DNA of 64,000 bases from Eubacteriales bacterium (GTDB lineage Bacteria > Bacillota > Clostridia > Lachnospirales > Vallitaleaceae): the NCBI GenBank assembly GCA_041844915.1, contig JBGZBY010000087.1, positions 25,530 through 89,529 on the forward strand, read 5' to 3'. The notes beneath the pieces were generated by a model. It saw nothing but the letters and a program-made list of their open reading frames with translations. It searched no databases and was not told the DNA's origin. This document shows positions 47,041 to 57,400 of the stretch, piece after piece (position 1 is the first letter of the stretch; every line of letters begins with the position of its first letter). A program made the position numbers and the translations under genes.

Positions 47041-47375
47041 GTAGGCTGGAGAAAAACAGTCTTTGATTTCTCCCTAAAGCGGCAGCACAGATGAAATTTT
47101 GAGCAAGTAAAAATTTCCTGCGCTGCCGTTTTGAAAAAAGACGAGAGAAAAATTAGAAAAGCCGCTTCCACGGCGTAGGGATATGCCACAGCCACTGTGC
47201 GCATCTGCATTAAAAGTAAGGAGGTGGGCTGGGACGAAAAATTTCAGTATATAGAAAGGCCGCAAAACGGCAGGATTAACAAGGAAGGAACGAGGGCGGC
47301 TTTTAGAGTAAAACAGGAAAAGCAAAGTAATACAGGAAAATCAAAACAAAAGCAGACAAGAAAGGAAATTCAAAA

Positions 47376-49211
47376 ATGAGAGGAAAAACCCGAAAAAATA
47401 AGAATTTACTATGGCTTGTGCTGGCGCTTGTATTGTGCCTGACGCCGATTCAGATCAAGGCGCAGGAGCCGGAGAAGCCTTTGGCAGAAAAATATGCCTT
47501 GGATATGACTTTTCCTTTGGATGTGAAAAAATCAGATGACTCGATTTTGACCAACTCTTTTTATGAGTTTAAGGGATATGCCGGTCAGGGCAGCTTGCTT
47601 TTAACGGTTAGCAATGTGAGCGACTTTCAACTGGCGGTAAACGGAAAAGAAATTGATACCTCGGCTTATCGCAAAAACGGCAGCTATCAGGTAGATATTT
47701 CCCATTTGACCAATAACACCAAAAATATTTTACAGGTTACCGGAGTGAAAGGCACTGCTGCCAAGCTACAGGTGCAGATTCCCTATCCGACCTTAGACAT
47801 GACGAAGCTCCGTTCGGAGGTGCTGGACAAAAATATTATGACCTTGTTGGAGGACATTATAAAGGAAGAAATCGCGCAGGGCTCGACCGGCGGTCAGCTG
47901 GTTGTGGTAAAGGACGGCGCGCTGGTTAAAAATATGGCGTTTGGCTATATCAATAATTATTATCCGGATGGAAAGCCGATTCCGGTGGAGAAGAGGATAA
48001 AGGTAACGGATCAGACCCTATTTGATCTGGCAAGCAATACGAAGATGTACTCGGTTAACTATGCTCTGCAAAAGCTGGTAGCGGAAAAGAAAATTGCTAT
48101 CAATGACCCGATCAGCAAATATTTTCCGGAATTTAAGGATGAGGCTGATGCGGCAATCAAGGGTAAGGATACCTTGACGATTCGCGAGCTTTTGGAGCAT
48201 CAGGGTGGTTTTCCGGCAGATCCGCAGTATTTTAATGAAAATTATGATAAGGATGACGGGATTGCCAACGGGAAGAATGATCTTTTCTCACAGGAAAAGA
48301 CTAAAACGATGGAAATGATTCTCAAAACTCCGCTGGCGTATGAGCCGGGCAGCAAAACGATGTATTCGGATGTGGACTACATGCTGCTGGGAATGCTTAT
48401 TGAAAAGGTTAGCGGCAAGGATCTGGATACCTATATGAAAGAAGAAATCTACAGTTATATGGGTCTGGACAGAATTACCTTTTCGCCGCTGGAGCATGGC
48501 TTTTCTGTTCAAGAGATTGCTGCCAGCGAATTAAACGGCAATTCCAGAGATGGGGCGATCAGCTTTTCCAATAATCGTGTAGGCACTATTCAAGGAACTG
48601 TGCATGATGAAAAGGCGTATTATTCCATGAAAGGCGTGAGCGGGCATGCCGGACTTTTTGCCAACGCTTTGCAATTGGCAAAGCTGGCTCAGGTCATGCT
48701 GAATGAAGGCGGCTATGGGAAATACGAATTTTGGGATAAGACCACGCAGGATCTGTTTGTAAAGCCCAAAGACAGTAATGCGACTTACGGCTTGGGCTGG
48801 CGCCGTGCAGGCGATAGGCTCTATAGCTGGGCATTCTCCCCGATGGCAGATGCGGCAACGGTAGGACATACGGGATGGACGGGAACTCTGACGGTCATTG
48901 ACCCAAAGGAGCAGATGGTAATCGTGCTGCTGACCAACAAGAAAAACAGTCCGGTCATCGACAATAAGAAAAATCCCAATAACTTCTTTGCTGATCGTTT
49001 TCTGATCAATCGCTATGGACTGGCTACAACTATGGTTTACCGTGCACTGACACCGGCAACAATGAAGCAGACAAAGGAGCTTTTAAATGAATTGGTATCC
49101 GGCAAGCAGTTATTGATTCGGGAAAGACCGGAAATTTATAAAAATCCGGCGGATGAAGCAGATCTGAAAGCCTTAGAGAAGATCCAAGAGAATTACCGGA
49201 AAAAGCAATAA
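47376..49211 (+). CDS. Secreted serine hydrolase of the beta-lactamase fold (PBP4B/AmiE-like)
   Basis: Signal peptide; FDLASNTK (SxxK), YSD, HDE, GHAGLF and GHTGWTGT motifs; follows murQ-murP. Confidence 0.88.
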   Translation: MRGKTRKNKNLLWLVLALVLCLTPIQIKAQEPEKPLAEKYALDMTFPLDVKKSDDSILTNSFYEFKGYAGQGSLLLTVSNVSDFQLAVNGKEIDTSAYRKNGSYQVDISHLTNNTKNILQVTGVKGTAAKLQVQIPYPTLDMTKLRSEVLDKNIMTLLEDIIKEEIAQGSTGGQLVVVKDGALVKNMAFGYINNYYPDGKPIPVEKRIKVTDQTLFDLASNTKMYSVNYALQKLVAEKKIAINDPISKYFPEFKDEADAAIKGKDTLTIRELLEHQGGFPADPQYFNENYDKDDGIANGKNDLFSQEKTKTMEMILKTPLAYEPGSKTMYSDVDYMLLGMLIEKVSGKDLDTYMKEEIYSYMGLDRITFSPLEHGFSVQEIAASELNGNSRDGAISFSNNRVGTIQGTVHDEKAYYSMKGVSGHAGLFANALQLAKLAQVMLNEGGYGKYEFWDKTTQDLFVKPKDSNATYGLGWRRAGDRLYSWAFSPMADAATVGHTGWTGTLTVIDPKEQMVIVLLTNKKNSPVIDNKKNPNNFFADRFLINRYGLATTMVYRALTPATMKQTKELLNELVSGKQLLIRERPEIYKNPADEADLKALEKIQENYRKKQ

Positions 49212-49247
49212 GCAGCCCGAAAGAATAAGCGGCTAAGAAATAAAAAG

Positions 49248-49343
49248 AAGTGCTGACCAAAATGACCGGCTTCCTTCCGGACAGGCAAGAGAAAGAATAA
49301 AAGCTTGTCGCATAGAGGGGAGTCGGCTGTCGGCACTTTTTTT
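49248..49343 (+). terminator. Long interrupted hairpin with T-tract ending the mur operon
   Basis: Nested pairings AAGTGCTGAC/GTCGGCACTT, CCGGCTTCCTTC/GAGGGGAGTCGG and GACAGGC/GCTTGTC, ending in a T7 run. Confidence 0.6.
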
Positions 49344-49346
49344 ATC

Positions 49347-49480
49347 TTGTCCATTTGGACACCTCCTTTTGATATTTTGTTACGGTTTGCAGACCTACTC
49401 TCATTATATCACAGGAGTTTTTTTACTTGAAGCTAAAGCTTTTTTCTCCCCCAGCACAGCTGAGGGTTTTTTGTTGCTAA
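49347..49480 (-). mobile_element. Probable remnant left end of an IS200/IS605-family element
   Basis: Minus strand: subterminal hairpin CCCTCAGC-TGT-GCTGGGG, AAAAAGCTTTAGCT, TGaTATAAT, SD AAGGAGGTG and ATGGACAA with no transposase body; resemblance to Firmicute tnpA left ends is from memory. Confidence 0.5.
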
Positions 49481-49702
49481 AGCATACAAAAACAGCGTAA
49501 CGGCTATAAAGCTGTTACGCTTAGACAGTCTGCCTCTTGTGGGTACATCATCTGGCAGGTTTTTACTTTATTTTTGAGAGCTTATTTTACAGCCGTTGTT
49601 CTTCTTTTGAGCAAAAGCCTTTTCCTAGGAAAAAGCCAGCCTGCTAGTGCGGCATGTGCTGGGAAAAGCGGTAATCACGCTTTATGCAAAGCCTTCACGG
49701 TA

Positions 49703-50348
49703 TTATTTGTTTTCCACTTTTTCAATCCGATAGCCTCTGTTGGTCAGTGTTTTAAGCAGATCATCGTCGGCGATAGAATCTAGGCGGATAATAATTTCGC
49801 TTTCTTCTGGATTTTCTCCGGCAAAGTTAATGATATGCACAATATTATAATTTTTTTTCTTTTAACAGAGTACTGATGTCAGCCAGAGTACCGGGCTTGT
49901 CCTTTCCGATTAGGACGATGCGCGAGCCCTTGCCGCGGGCGCCTAAGATATCCAAGAAGGAAGCGATGATATCGTTTCGGGTAATGATGCCCTTGATGGC
50001 ATAGCTTTTATCAATAACGGGAATCATGTTGACATCACTTTCATTCATTAAAAGAGCAACCTGTTCGATGGACATATCTTCGGTGCAGGTTACAACATTT
50101 TTATCCATGATATCGGCTACTTTGGTTTTATCCAAAATATAGTTTAATTCATATACGCTAAGGGAAGTGGCTTTGGATGGCGAAACCTCGCTGAGCAGGG
50201 TTTCAGTTACCATACCGACAAGCTTGCCTTTATCAACTACCGGAAGCTGGCGAACCGATTGCTCGCGCATCAGTTTAAAGGCCAGAGAAATAGAAGCTTC
50301 GGGAAAAACAGAAACAATATTGCGATTCATTTTTGCAGTAATATACAT
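49703..50348 (-). pseudogene. CBS + ACT domain protein (AcuB-like), frameshifted at an A8 tract
   Basis: CBS pair followed by DKPGTLADI (ACT start); removing one A at 49851-49858 gives ...KEKNYNIVHIINF...EIIIRLD...RGYRIEKVENK-stop at 49703. Confidence 0.85.
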
Positions 50349-50423
50349 AAATACCTCCTTTATATCAAGCGCCATGGGTGTCCTTATCAGTTGCTTTAAG
50401 TTTATGTTAAAAGCAGGGACGGA

Positions 50424-50723
50424 TTATGCAAAGTGAGTATGCTTTGTTTTCCATTGCTTTAATTTGATATTCAGCCAAAAGCCGTAGATACCAAGGGTAA
50501 CGATAGTCAAAAGCAGCCATTTAATCCAATTGCCGAAAAGCTGGATTGCTGTCCCGTCAAAGGTAAGCCGTCTGCCGTCAATTACGGTATGCTTTACTTC
50601 CCAAGAATAGACCATGCAGATTGCCCAAGGGGCGCAAATGCCAAGGGTTAAGACTGTGACTAGGGTGCCTAGGATTCTCCAGCCGATCAGCTGAAATAAA
50701 CCGCCATCAAAATAAGATTGCAT
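50424..50723 (-). CDS. DUF898/YjgN-like small membrane protein
   Basis: SYFDGG, TLGI, IDGRRLTFDG and WLLLTIVTLGIY motifs; SD AAGGAGG. Confidence 0.85.
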   Translation of the reverse strand: MQSYFDGGLFQLIGWRILGTLVTVLTLGICAPWAICMVYSWEVKHTVIDGRRLTFDGTAIQLFGNWIKWLLLTIVTLGIYGFWLNIKLKQWKTKHTHFA

Positions 50724-50973
50724 GAATTGTCCTCCTTAAATCGTCAGTGTTTTTGCCTATATTATACAATATTTTTATGGAAATGAATAGCTGAATTTTA
50801 GGGATTTTGTTTAAAAAATTAATCAGGAGAGGGGATGGAGATTTTTGGGAAATGGCTTTGGGCTTGCTTTTCAAGCAGTTGAGTATACAAGAACTAGCGC
50901 TTGAAAAGGATTTTCCAAAAAAAATGAAAAAAAGCTTGCCAAAAAGCAGAAGTTCTGATATTATAATTCAAGC

Positions 50974-51046
50974 GGGCGGTTAACTCAGCTGGTAGAGTGT
51001 CACCTTGACATGGTGGAAGTCGCAGGTTCGAGTCCTGTACCACCCA
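50974..51046 (+). tRNA. tRNA-Val(GAC), CCA not encoded
   Basis: Cloverleaf: D arm ACTCAGCTGGTAGAGT, anticodon loop TTGACAT, T arm GCAGGTTCGAGTCCTGT. Confidence 0.95.
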
Positions 51047-51050
51047 TTAG

Positions 51051-51084
51051 AAAAAACGAGCGGTAAATTTACGCTCGTTTTTTG
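51051..51084 (+). terminator. Terminator after tRNA-Val
   Basis: AAAAAACGAGCG...CGCTCGTTTTTT. Confidence 0.85.
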
Positions 51085-51257
51085 TGTCCTCAAATTTCTG
51101 CCGAAGCAGAAGTCGTACTTAGCCCCTATGGTATCCTCTTTCGGCCTCGTTGAAAATAATAAAAAGATATTTACTTGCAGTCGGAAATTCGATATAATGA
51201 AAAAAAGGTTAAGGGTTGGAGCGTAACGGTTGAACAGGTTAAGGAAGGTGATTGGGC

Positions 51258-51953
51258 GTGGCAGAGATACAAGTAGATTTGGATCATTATTTACCGCTTC
51301 GAGATATTGTGTTTCGGAATTTGAGGACAGCGATTTTAAGGGGGGATTTTCAGCCGGGAGAACGGTTAATGGAAAATCAACTTGCAGAGAGGATGGGAGT
51401 TAGTCGAACACCGATCAGAGAAGCGATTCGGAAGCTGGAGCTGGAAGGCCTGGTTGTTATGGTTCCTCGGAAAGGCGCCGAGGTGGCGAATATTACGGAA
51501 AAGGACATCAAGGATGTGCTGGAGGTTCGAGCGACATTGGAAGGGCTGGCAATTCGCCTTGCCTGTGAAAATATGAAGCCGGAGGACGTGAACCGGTTGA
51601 CCTTAGTGAATGAAAAGTTTATGCAGGCGGTGAAATCTAAAAAAATGGAAAAGGTGCTGGAATGGGATATCGCCTTTCACGATATTATTTTTGAGGCTTC
51701 GGGAAATGATAAATTGATTCAAATCCTAAACAATTTGCGTGAGCAAATTTATCGCTATCGAATGGAGTATATCTATCATATTGCCGATCACAGGCAATTG
51801 GTTACAGAGCATTTACAGATTGTGGACGCACTGAAAAAGAAAGAACAGGAACTGGCGACCTCTTTGGCCATTGCTCATGTTCAGGCACAGAAAAAATCAG
51901 TGATTGAATACACGAAAAAAAATAAAGGCAGAAATAAGAAAAACGAATTATAG
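51258..51953 (+). CDS. GntR family transcriptional regulator (FCD domain)
   Basis: PGERLMENQLAERMGVSRTPIREA HTH; DIAFH and EH motifs of the FCD domain. Confidence 0.93.
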   Translation: MAEIQVDLDHYLPLRDIVFRNLRTAILRGDFQPGERLMENQLAERMGVSRTPIREAIRKLELEGLVVMVPRKGAEVANITEKDIKDVLEVRATLEGLAIRLACENMKPEDVNRLTLVNEKFMQAVKSKKMEKVLEWDIAFHDIIFEASGNDKLIQILNNLREQIYRYRMEYIYHIADHRQLVTEHLQIVDALKKKEQELATSLAIAHVQAQKKSVIEYTKKNKGRNKKNEL

Positions 51954-52574
51954 CTTGGTTAAATGATTTAAAATTCTTTGCTTAGAGGCAGAGGTCATGT
52001 CCTTAGCCAATGCGATCAGCACGTCTAAAGCTTCGCGGTCCGATTCGGCCTGATACAGCTCGCCCAGCAGAAAATAGTGCTGGCAAATATCAGACTTGAG
52101 GCGAATCGCTTCCTCTAAGGCGGCAATCGCTTCGCTATTTTTTCCGTGTTGTTTCATCAAAGTTGCATATTCATAAAGAAAGTTCAAAAAAGCTTCATAG
52201 TTTTCTTCTGCCTGTGTGATGACCGGCTGATTGGCAGTTCCAAAGGTCAGGCGCAGATCGGTGTTGCTCATATCATGAAAGGAGAGCATAGGCAGAGAAA
52301 GACTGTCATGAAGCTGTTTTTTTAATGCTTCATACTTTATTTTCGAAGCGGCGTCCAAAGCCAGATCGGGAAAGCTCAGGCAGGAGATATCAGGATGAAA
52401 ATAAAGCTCGGCGGGGATATCCTTTTTTCGCACGACCAAGGACTGACGCTCTTTTCCCCAGAAGGCTTCCTTGTTGGCCTGATGTGCTTTTTGCCTTTTT
52501 TGAAGATTATGGTTCCAGATAAATAAAAAGGTAAGGAATAAAATAAGAAAAGAAGGAAATCCAATATTGTTCAT
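51948..52574 (-). CDS. Conserved hypothetical protein with N-terminal membrane anchor and C-terminal TPR-like helices
   Basis: SD GAAAGGA before ATG 52574; hydrophobic N-terminus; MSNTDLRLTFG motif; AIAALEEAI...YFLLGELY helices. Confidence 0.8.
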   Translation of the reverse strand: MNNIGFPSFLILFLTFLFIWNHNLQKRQKAHQANKEAFWGKERQSLVVRKKDIPAELYFHPDISCLSFPDLALDAASKIKYEALKKQLHDSLSLPMLSFHDMSNTDLRLTFGTANQPVITQAEENYEAFLNFLYEYATLMKQHGKNSEAIAALEEAIRLKSDICQHYFLLGELYQAESDREALDVLIALAKDMTSASKQRILNHLTKL

Positions 52575-52588
52575 AAATATCCTTTCTA

Positions 52589-52914
52589 CAAGTATTCGCA
52601 AAATGCCCGTTTGCAGAGCGCGCGAGGCTTTTATGCTCATACTTGTTGGCAATCAAGTGATTCTGTCAATGGGTAAAAAGATTTTTCCCATTGACAGAAG
52701 TGCTTTCCTATTTTGTTAACGGAAAAATACCTTGGGAAAATATTTTAGGTAAAAGCCTCGATTGCTTCGCGCGCTGCGCTCCCGCAATCGAGCAAGTATT
52801 CGCAAAACGCCCCGCTTGCAGAGCGCGCGTAGCTTTTATGCTCATACTTGTCGGTAATCAAGTGATTCTGTCAATGGGTAAAAAGATTTTCCCCATTGAC
52901 AGAATCACTTGATT
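52589..52914. repeat. Duplicated ~111-bp palindromic intergenic repeat
   Basis: Copies at 52589-52699 and 52793-52904, each with two hairpins; 23-bp perfect inverted repeat at 52856-52914. Confidence 0.9.
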
Positions 52915-52988
52915 GTGCTTTTATAGTATATAACAAAAAAGAGATTCTGTCAAAAGGAAGCTATAAAAAGGAGAGAAAGGAGATCGCT

Positions 52989-53087
52989 TTGTTTTACAGT
53001 AGAAAAGTTCAAAAGGCAATAGCAATTGGGGTTGCGGTCGTTATGGTATTGACGATTTTGCTGTCTATTTTTGCACCGTATTTTTGA
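52989..53087 (+). CDS. 32-aa single-TM microprotein (Prli42/DUF4044-like)
   Basis: SD AAGGAG 6 nt before TTG; MFYSRKVQKAIAIGVAVVMVLTILLSIFAPYF is a basic N-terminus plus one TM helix. Confidence 0.65.
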   Translation: MFYSRKVQKAIAIGVAVVMVLTILLSIFAPYF

Positions 53088-53263
53088 TTGCGGGGCGCAA
53101 GGAGAAGGGAGCACAGGCAAAAGCAAGGGCAGGCAGGAGGCCAAGCCAAAGCCCAAATGCGGAAGTAAATATTTAGGAATAGATATTTGCTTGCACCCGC
53201 AGGCGAGAAGGGGTAAGGCTCCGTGAGAAAGCGGACAAATTTAAAGAGGGAAAGGATTTGGCA

Positions 53264-54463
53264 ATGAAAATCATTCATACCGCCGACTGGCATTTGGGTA
53301 AACTTTTGGGAGGCGTTTATCTGCATGAGGATCAGGCTTTTGTCCTGCGGGAGTTCTACCGCTTGGTAGAGCGGGAAAGGCCGGATATTATCCTGCTGGC
53401 GGGGGATATTTTTGATCGTTCCTATCCGCCAGTCGAGGCGGTTCGGCTATTGAATGAATGCTTTGAAAGGATTCTTTTGCAGCAGAAAATCCCCATGGTG
53501 GTCATTGCAGGCAATCATGATCATGCGGAAAGACTGGATTTCGGAAGCGGGCTGATGGAGAAATCCGGTCTTTATTTACGGGCAAAGTTGGAGAGGGAGA
53601 TCAAGCCGATCTCGTTTCGGGATGCTTTTGGCGAATGGGATATTTATCCAATTCCCTTTGCCGATCCAGTATGGGTGAGAACTCTGTATGAGGATGAGAG
53701 CATTCGTACCGCGCAGGCGGCAATGGACAGGATCTTGGCGCCGATCAATCAAAAAATTAGAGAGGAAAAGGCTTTGGCTGAGCAAAAGGCGTTGCCGCGC
53801 AAGCGCTATATTGCCGTAGCGCATGGATTTTTTATCAGCGGAGCGGCGGCTGACGGCAGGGAATTAGAGGAATCCGATTCCGAGCGCCCGCTGTCAATCG
53901 GCGGCTCGGATCGCGTTTCGGCGGAAATATGGGAGGAATTTGATTATGTGGCTTTGGGGCATTTGCATAAGCCGCAGCAGGTAGGGAGAGAAAGCGTGCG
54001 CTACGCCGGCTCGCTTTTAAAATATTCTTTTTCCGAAGCGGAGCATAAGAAGTCGCTGGTTCTATTGGACTGGAAGGAAAAGCTGAATATTCAAACCGTA
54101 ACCTTGCCGATAAAACGGGATTTGAGAATTGTGCGGGGGAGCTTGTCAGAGATTCTGGAGCAGGCCAGAAAGGAGCCGGCAAGCGAGGACTATATCATGG
54201 CGAGCCTTACGGATGAGGAAAACTTGATCGACCCTATCAGCGATTTAAAGAGCGTATATCCCAACACCTTAGCGCTGGAATATCAAAGCAGAAGGCAGAG
54301 AGAGGGAAAGCAGGCCATGCAGAGCGGAGAAGAAATTGGCCGGAAGGATATTTGGCTGCTATTTTCGGAATTTTATGAGGACGTTACCGGAGAAAGGGCG
54401 GATGAAGAAGCGCTAAAGCGCTGGCAGCAGGACGGGGGGAAAAGCGGCAATGAAACCGATTAG
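53264..54463 (+). CDS. sbcD: Exonuclease SbcCD subunit D
   Basis: HTADWHLG, AGDIFD, AGNHD and YVALGHLH motifs. Confidence 0.95.
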   Translation: MKIIHTADWHLGKLLGGVYLHEDQAFVLREFYRLVERERPDIILLAGDIFDRSYPPVEAVRLLNECFERILLQQKIPMVVIAGNHDHAERLDFGSGLMEKSGLYLRAKLEREIKPISFRDAFGEWDIYPIPFADPVWVRTLYEDESIRTAQAAMDRILAPINQKIREEKALAEQKALPRKRYIAVAHGFFISGAAADGRELEESDSERPLSIGGSDRVSAEIWEEFDYVALGHLHKPQQVGRESVRYAGSLLKYSFSEAEHKKSLVLLDWKEKLNIQTVTLPIKRDLRIVRGSLSEILEQARKEPASEDYIMASLTDEENLIDPISDLKSVYPNTLALEYQSRRQREGKQAMQSGEEIGRKDIWLLFSEFYEDVTGERADEEALKRWQQDGGKSGNETD

Positions 54464-57400
54464 ATTAGAAATGACGGCTTTTGGCCCCTTTGCAGGGAAA
54501 GAAGTCATTGATTTTCAGGAAATGGAAAGGGAGCCGGTTTTCTTGATTTGCGGGCCGACTGGAGCCGGAAAGACGATGATTTTCGATGCGGTTTCCTATG
54601 CGCTGTTCGGAGAAGCAAGCGGCGAAGAAAGAAGGCCGGAGGAGTTGCGCAGTGATTTTGCCGAGGAGGATATCTTAACCGAGGTAGAATTAATTTTTGA
54701 GGTAAGGGGACAGGGCTACCGGATAAGACGTCAGCCGCGTCAGATAAGGCGGAAAAAAGCGGGAGAGGGCGTAACGGAAACAGCGGCGAAGGCGGAGCTG
54801 AGCTATACCGATGCAAACGGTCAAATATGGGCATTTACCAGATTGGCAGAAATCAATGAGAAGATCAAGGAAATTCTCGGTCTGGGCGCGGATCAGTTTA
54901 AGCAGATTATGATGCTGCCGCAGGGGGAATTTCGTAAGCTTTTGACTGCCGACAGTAAAGAAAGGGAAGCGATTCTGCGCGAGCTTTTTGATGCCAAGCG
55001 CTATTTGGCGCTACAGCTTGGGCTGAAACAGACAAGCGATCAGTTGGAAAAAGAAATCCGAGAGGGAAGGAGCATACAAAAGCAATGGATTTTGCAGCTG
55101 CAAGCCGATTCAGAGGAAGCGGCGGAGCTGTCGGAGCTTTTGAGCAAGGAAGAAATCGACCGACAGGAGCTGTTTGCAGCAGTGGAGAGGCAAAAAGCGG
55201 CAGATCTTTTGCGGGCGGAGGAGAGGAAAGAAAATATCGAAAAGCTGTCGGAGCGGATTGATCAAAAAAAGGAATTGCTTTTCCGAATGCAGCGGGAAAA
55301 CGAAAGCCTGCTAGAGCTTTTGCAGGTTAGAGCAAAGCTGGAAGGGCTGGAAGCAAGGGCCGGAGAAATAAAAGGCCAAGAAGCGGCAATTGAGCAGATA
55401 CAGCGGGCAATTTTATTGAAGCCATATGCGGAGAACTATGAAAAACTGTGCAAGCAGGCAGGACAAGCCGAGGAGGAACTGAAACAAAAGCAAAAGCAGC
55501 ACCAAGCGGCAGAAAAAGAAAAAGCGGAGCAGGAAGACAATTATCAAAGCCTGAAATCACCGGAGCGCCAAGCGGAGCTGGCAGAGAAGGAAAAAAGCCT
55601 GCAAGCCCTGAAGCAGCAGCTACCGCTTCTGTATTCTCTGATAGAGCGGAAAAAGGGCTATGGGAGATTGAAGCGGGAAGCCGAAGAAAAGGATAGGGAG
55701 CTTAAGGCGCTGCTTATTCGCAAGACTCAATTGCAGGATAGAGAAAAGCAGCTGCGGCAGATTTTGCAGGAAACAGAGCAGTGCGAGGCGGCGCAGGCAA
55801 TCATGGATCAGAAGCTCAAGCGCTTGCTTAAAATTCATGAGATTTGGCAAAAGGAGCAGCATTGCCGGAAGGAGCAGCTGGAAAATGCCAAAATAGAGCA
55901 GGGGTTGCAGAAACTGATGGAGGAAGCAGAGGAACGCTGTCAAAAGGCTTTGCAATGCATACAGGAGGATCATGTTTGGGCTCTGCGTCGGAGCTTAAAG
56001 GACGGGGAACATTGTCCGGTATGTCTGGGAGTTTATCATACCCTGGCGACAGAAAAGGAGAGGCTGCCGGAAGCGGTAAATTTGGAGGAAGCGGAGCGCT
56101 TGCGGGAAAAACTTGGACGGGAAAAGGAGGCGGCGAGCTTACGGACGGCGGAGCTGAACGCAAGAAGGCAGGCTTTTGTAGAGCAGCTTTTGGAGGAAAC
56201 GCAAACAGAGAGCATGGCGGAAGTAGAGCGTTTCTTGGCAAAGGCAGAAGCGGAGCGAGAAGCCGATGAGCGGCTGGCAGAAGAATACGAAAAACAGCTT
56301 TTACGGCGAAAGCAGGCGCAGCAGGAGCAGATGCAGCTGGAAAGGACGTCAGAGCAGCTTTGGCGGCAGGAGCAGGAGTTGACAGCGGAATGCGGCAAAA
56401 AGCAGGCGGAGCTGAATGAAGCGGCAGGCGAAGGAAAGGCCTTGAAGGAAAGACTTTTGCCTGAGTATCGGGAGCAGGCAAATCCAGACGCAGCGGAGAG
56501 GCTTGCCGCTGTTATGGCGGAGCTGGAAGCAGAAAAAAATGTATGGCAGGAGAAGCTGGAGGCAGGAGAAAGAGCTTATCGGCAGAGTTTGATTCTGTAT
56601 GCACAGACGGAAACGGCAAAGGTGGAGTCTGAAAAGCGGAGCAGGGAGCTTATGCAGCAACAAAAGCAGGCCGAAAAGGAATTTCAGGAAAAAAGGCGGA
56701 TCCTAGGCTTTGAAACCGAGCAGGACTGGCGGTATTATTCTGAAAAAGAAGGGCAAAAAGAGAAGCTTACCGGAGAAATAAAGGCTTATTATGAGGAATG
56801 GCTGAAAAATGTCAATTTGGAAAAGCATTTGCAGCAAGAGGTAGCCATTCGGGAGCCGCATAAAACGGAGCAGACGGAGCAGGAGGAAAAGCTGCTACAG
56901 GAAGAGAGAGCAGCGGAAAGCGAAAAAAGGGTGCTGCTGCTAAGGCAGATTGCCGAAAACGATCGAATTGTGCGGGAGCTAAGGAAAATGGAAAGCCGTT
57001 TGCAGGCTCAAAGGGAAAAATATGCTGAAATTGCTGGACTAGCCAAGGCGGCCAATGGGGATAATGCCAAAAAGCTCACCTTTGAACGTTATGTGCTGGC
57101 AGTATTTTTAGAAGATGTTTTATCGGCGGCAAATCAGCGTTTGGCAAAAATGACAGGGCGCTATACCTTAAAGCGAAAGGAAGAGGTTACGCATAGAGGA
57201 AGGCAAAGCGGACTGGAGATTGAGGTATTCGACGCTTTTACCGGCAAAACCAGAAATGTCAATACGCTTTCCGGCGGAGAGGGATTTAAGGCGGCGCTGG
57301 CGATGGCGCTTGGCTTGTCGGAGGTGATATCTGTCTATGCCGGCGGGATTGAATTGGACATGCTTTTCATTGACGAGGGCTTTGGTACGCTTGACCCTGA

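Noticed and set aside
51005-51226. 73-aa ORF
   Set aside because: It overlaps the tRNA-Val gene and its terminator
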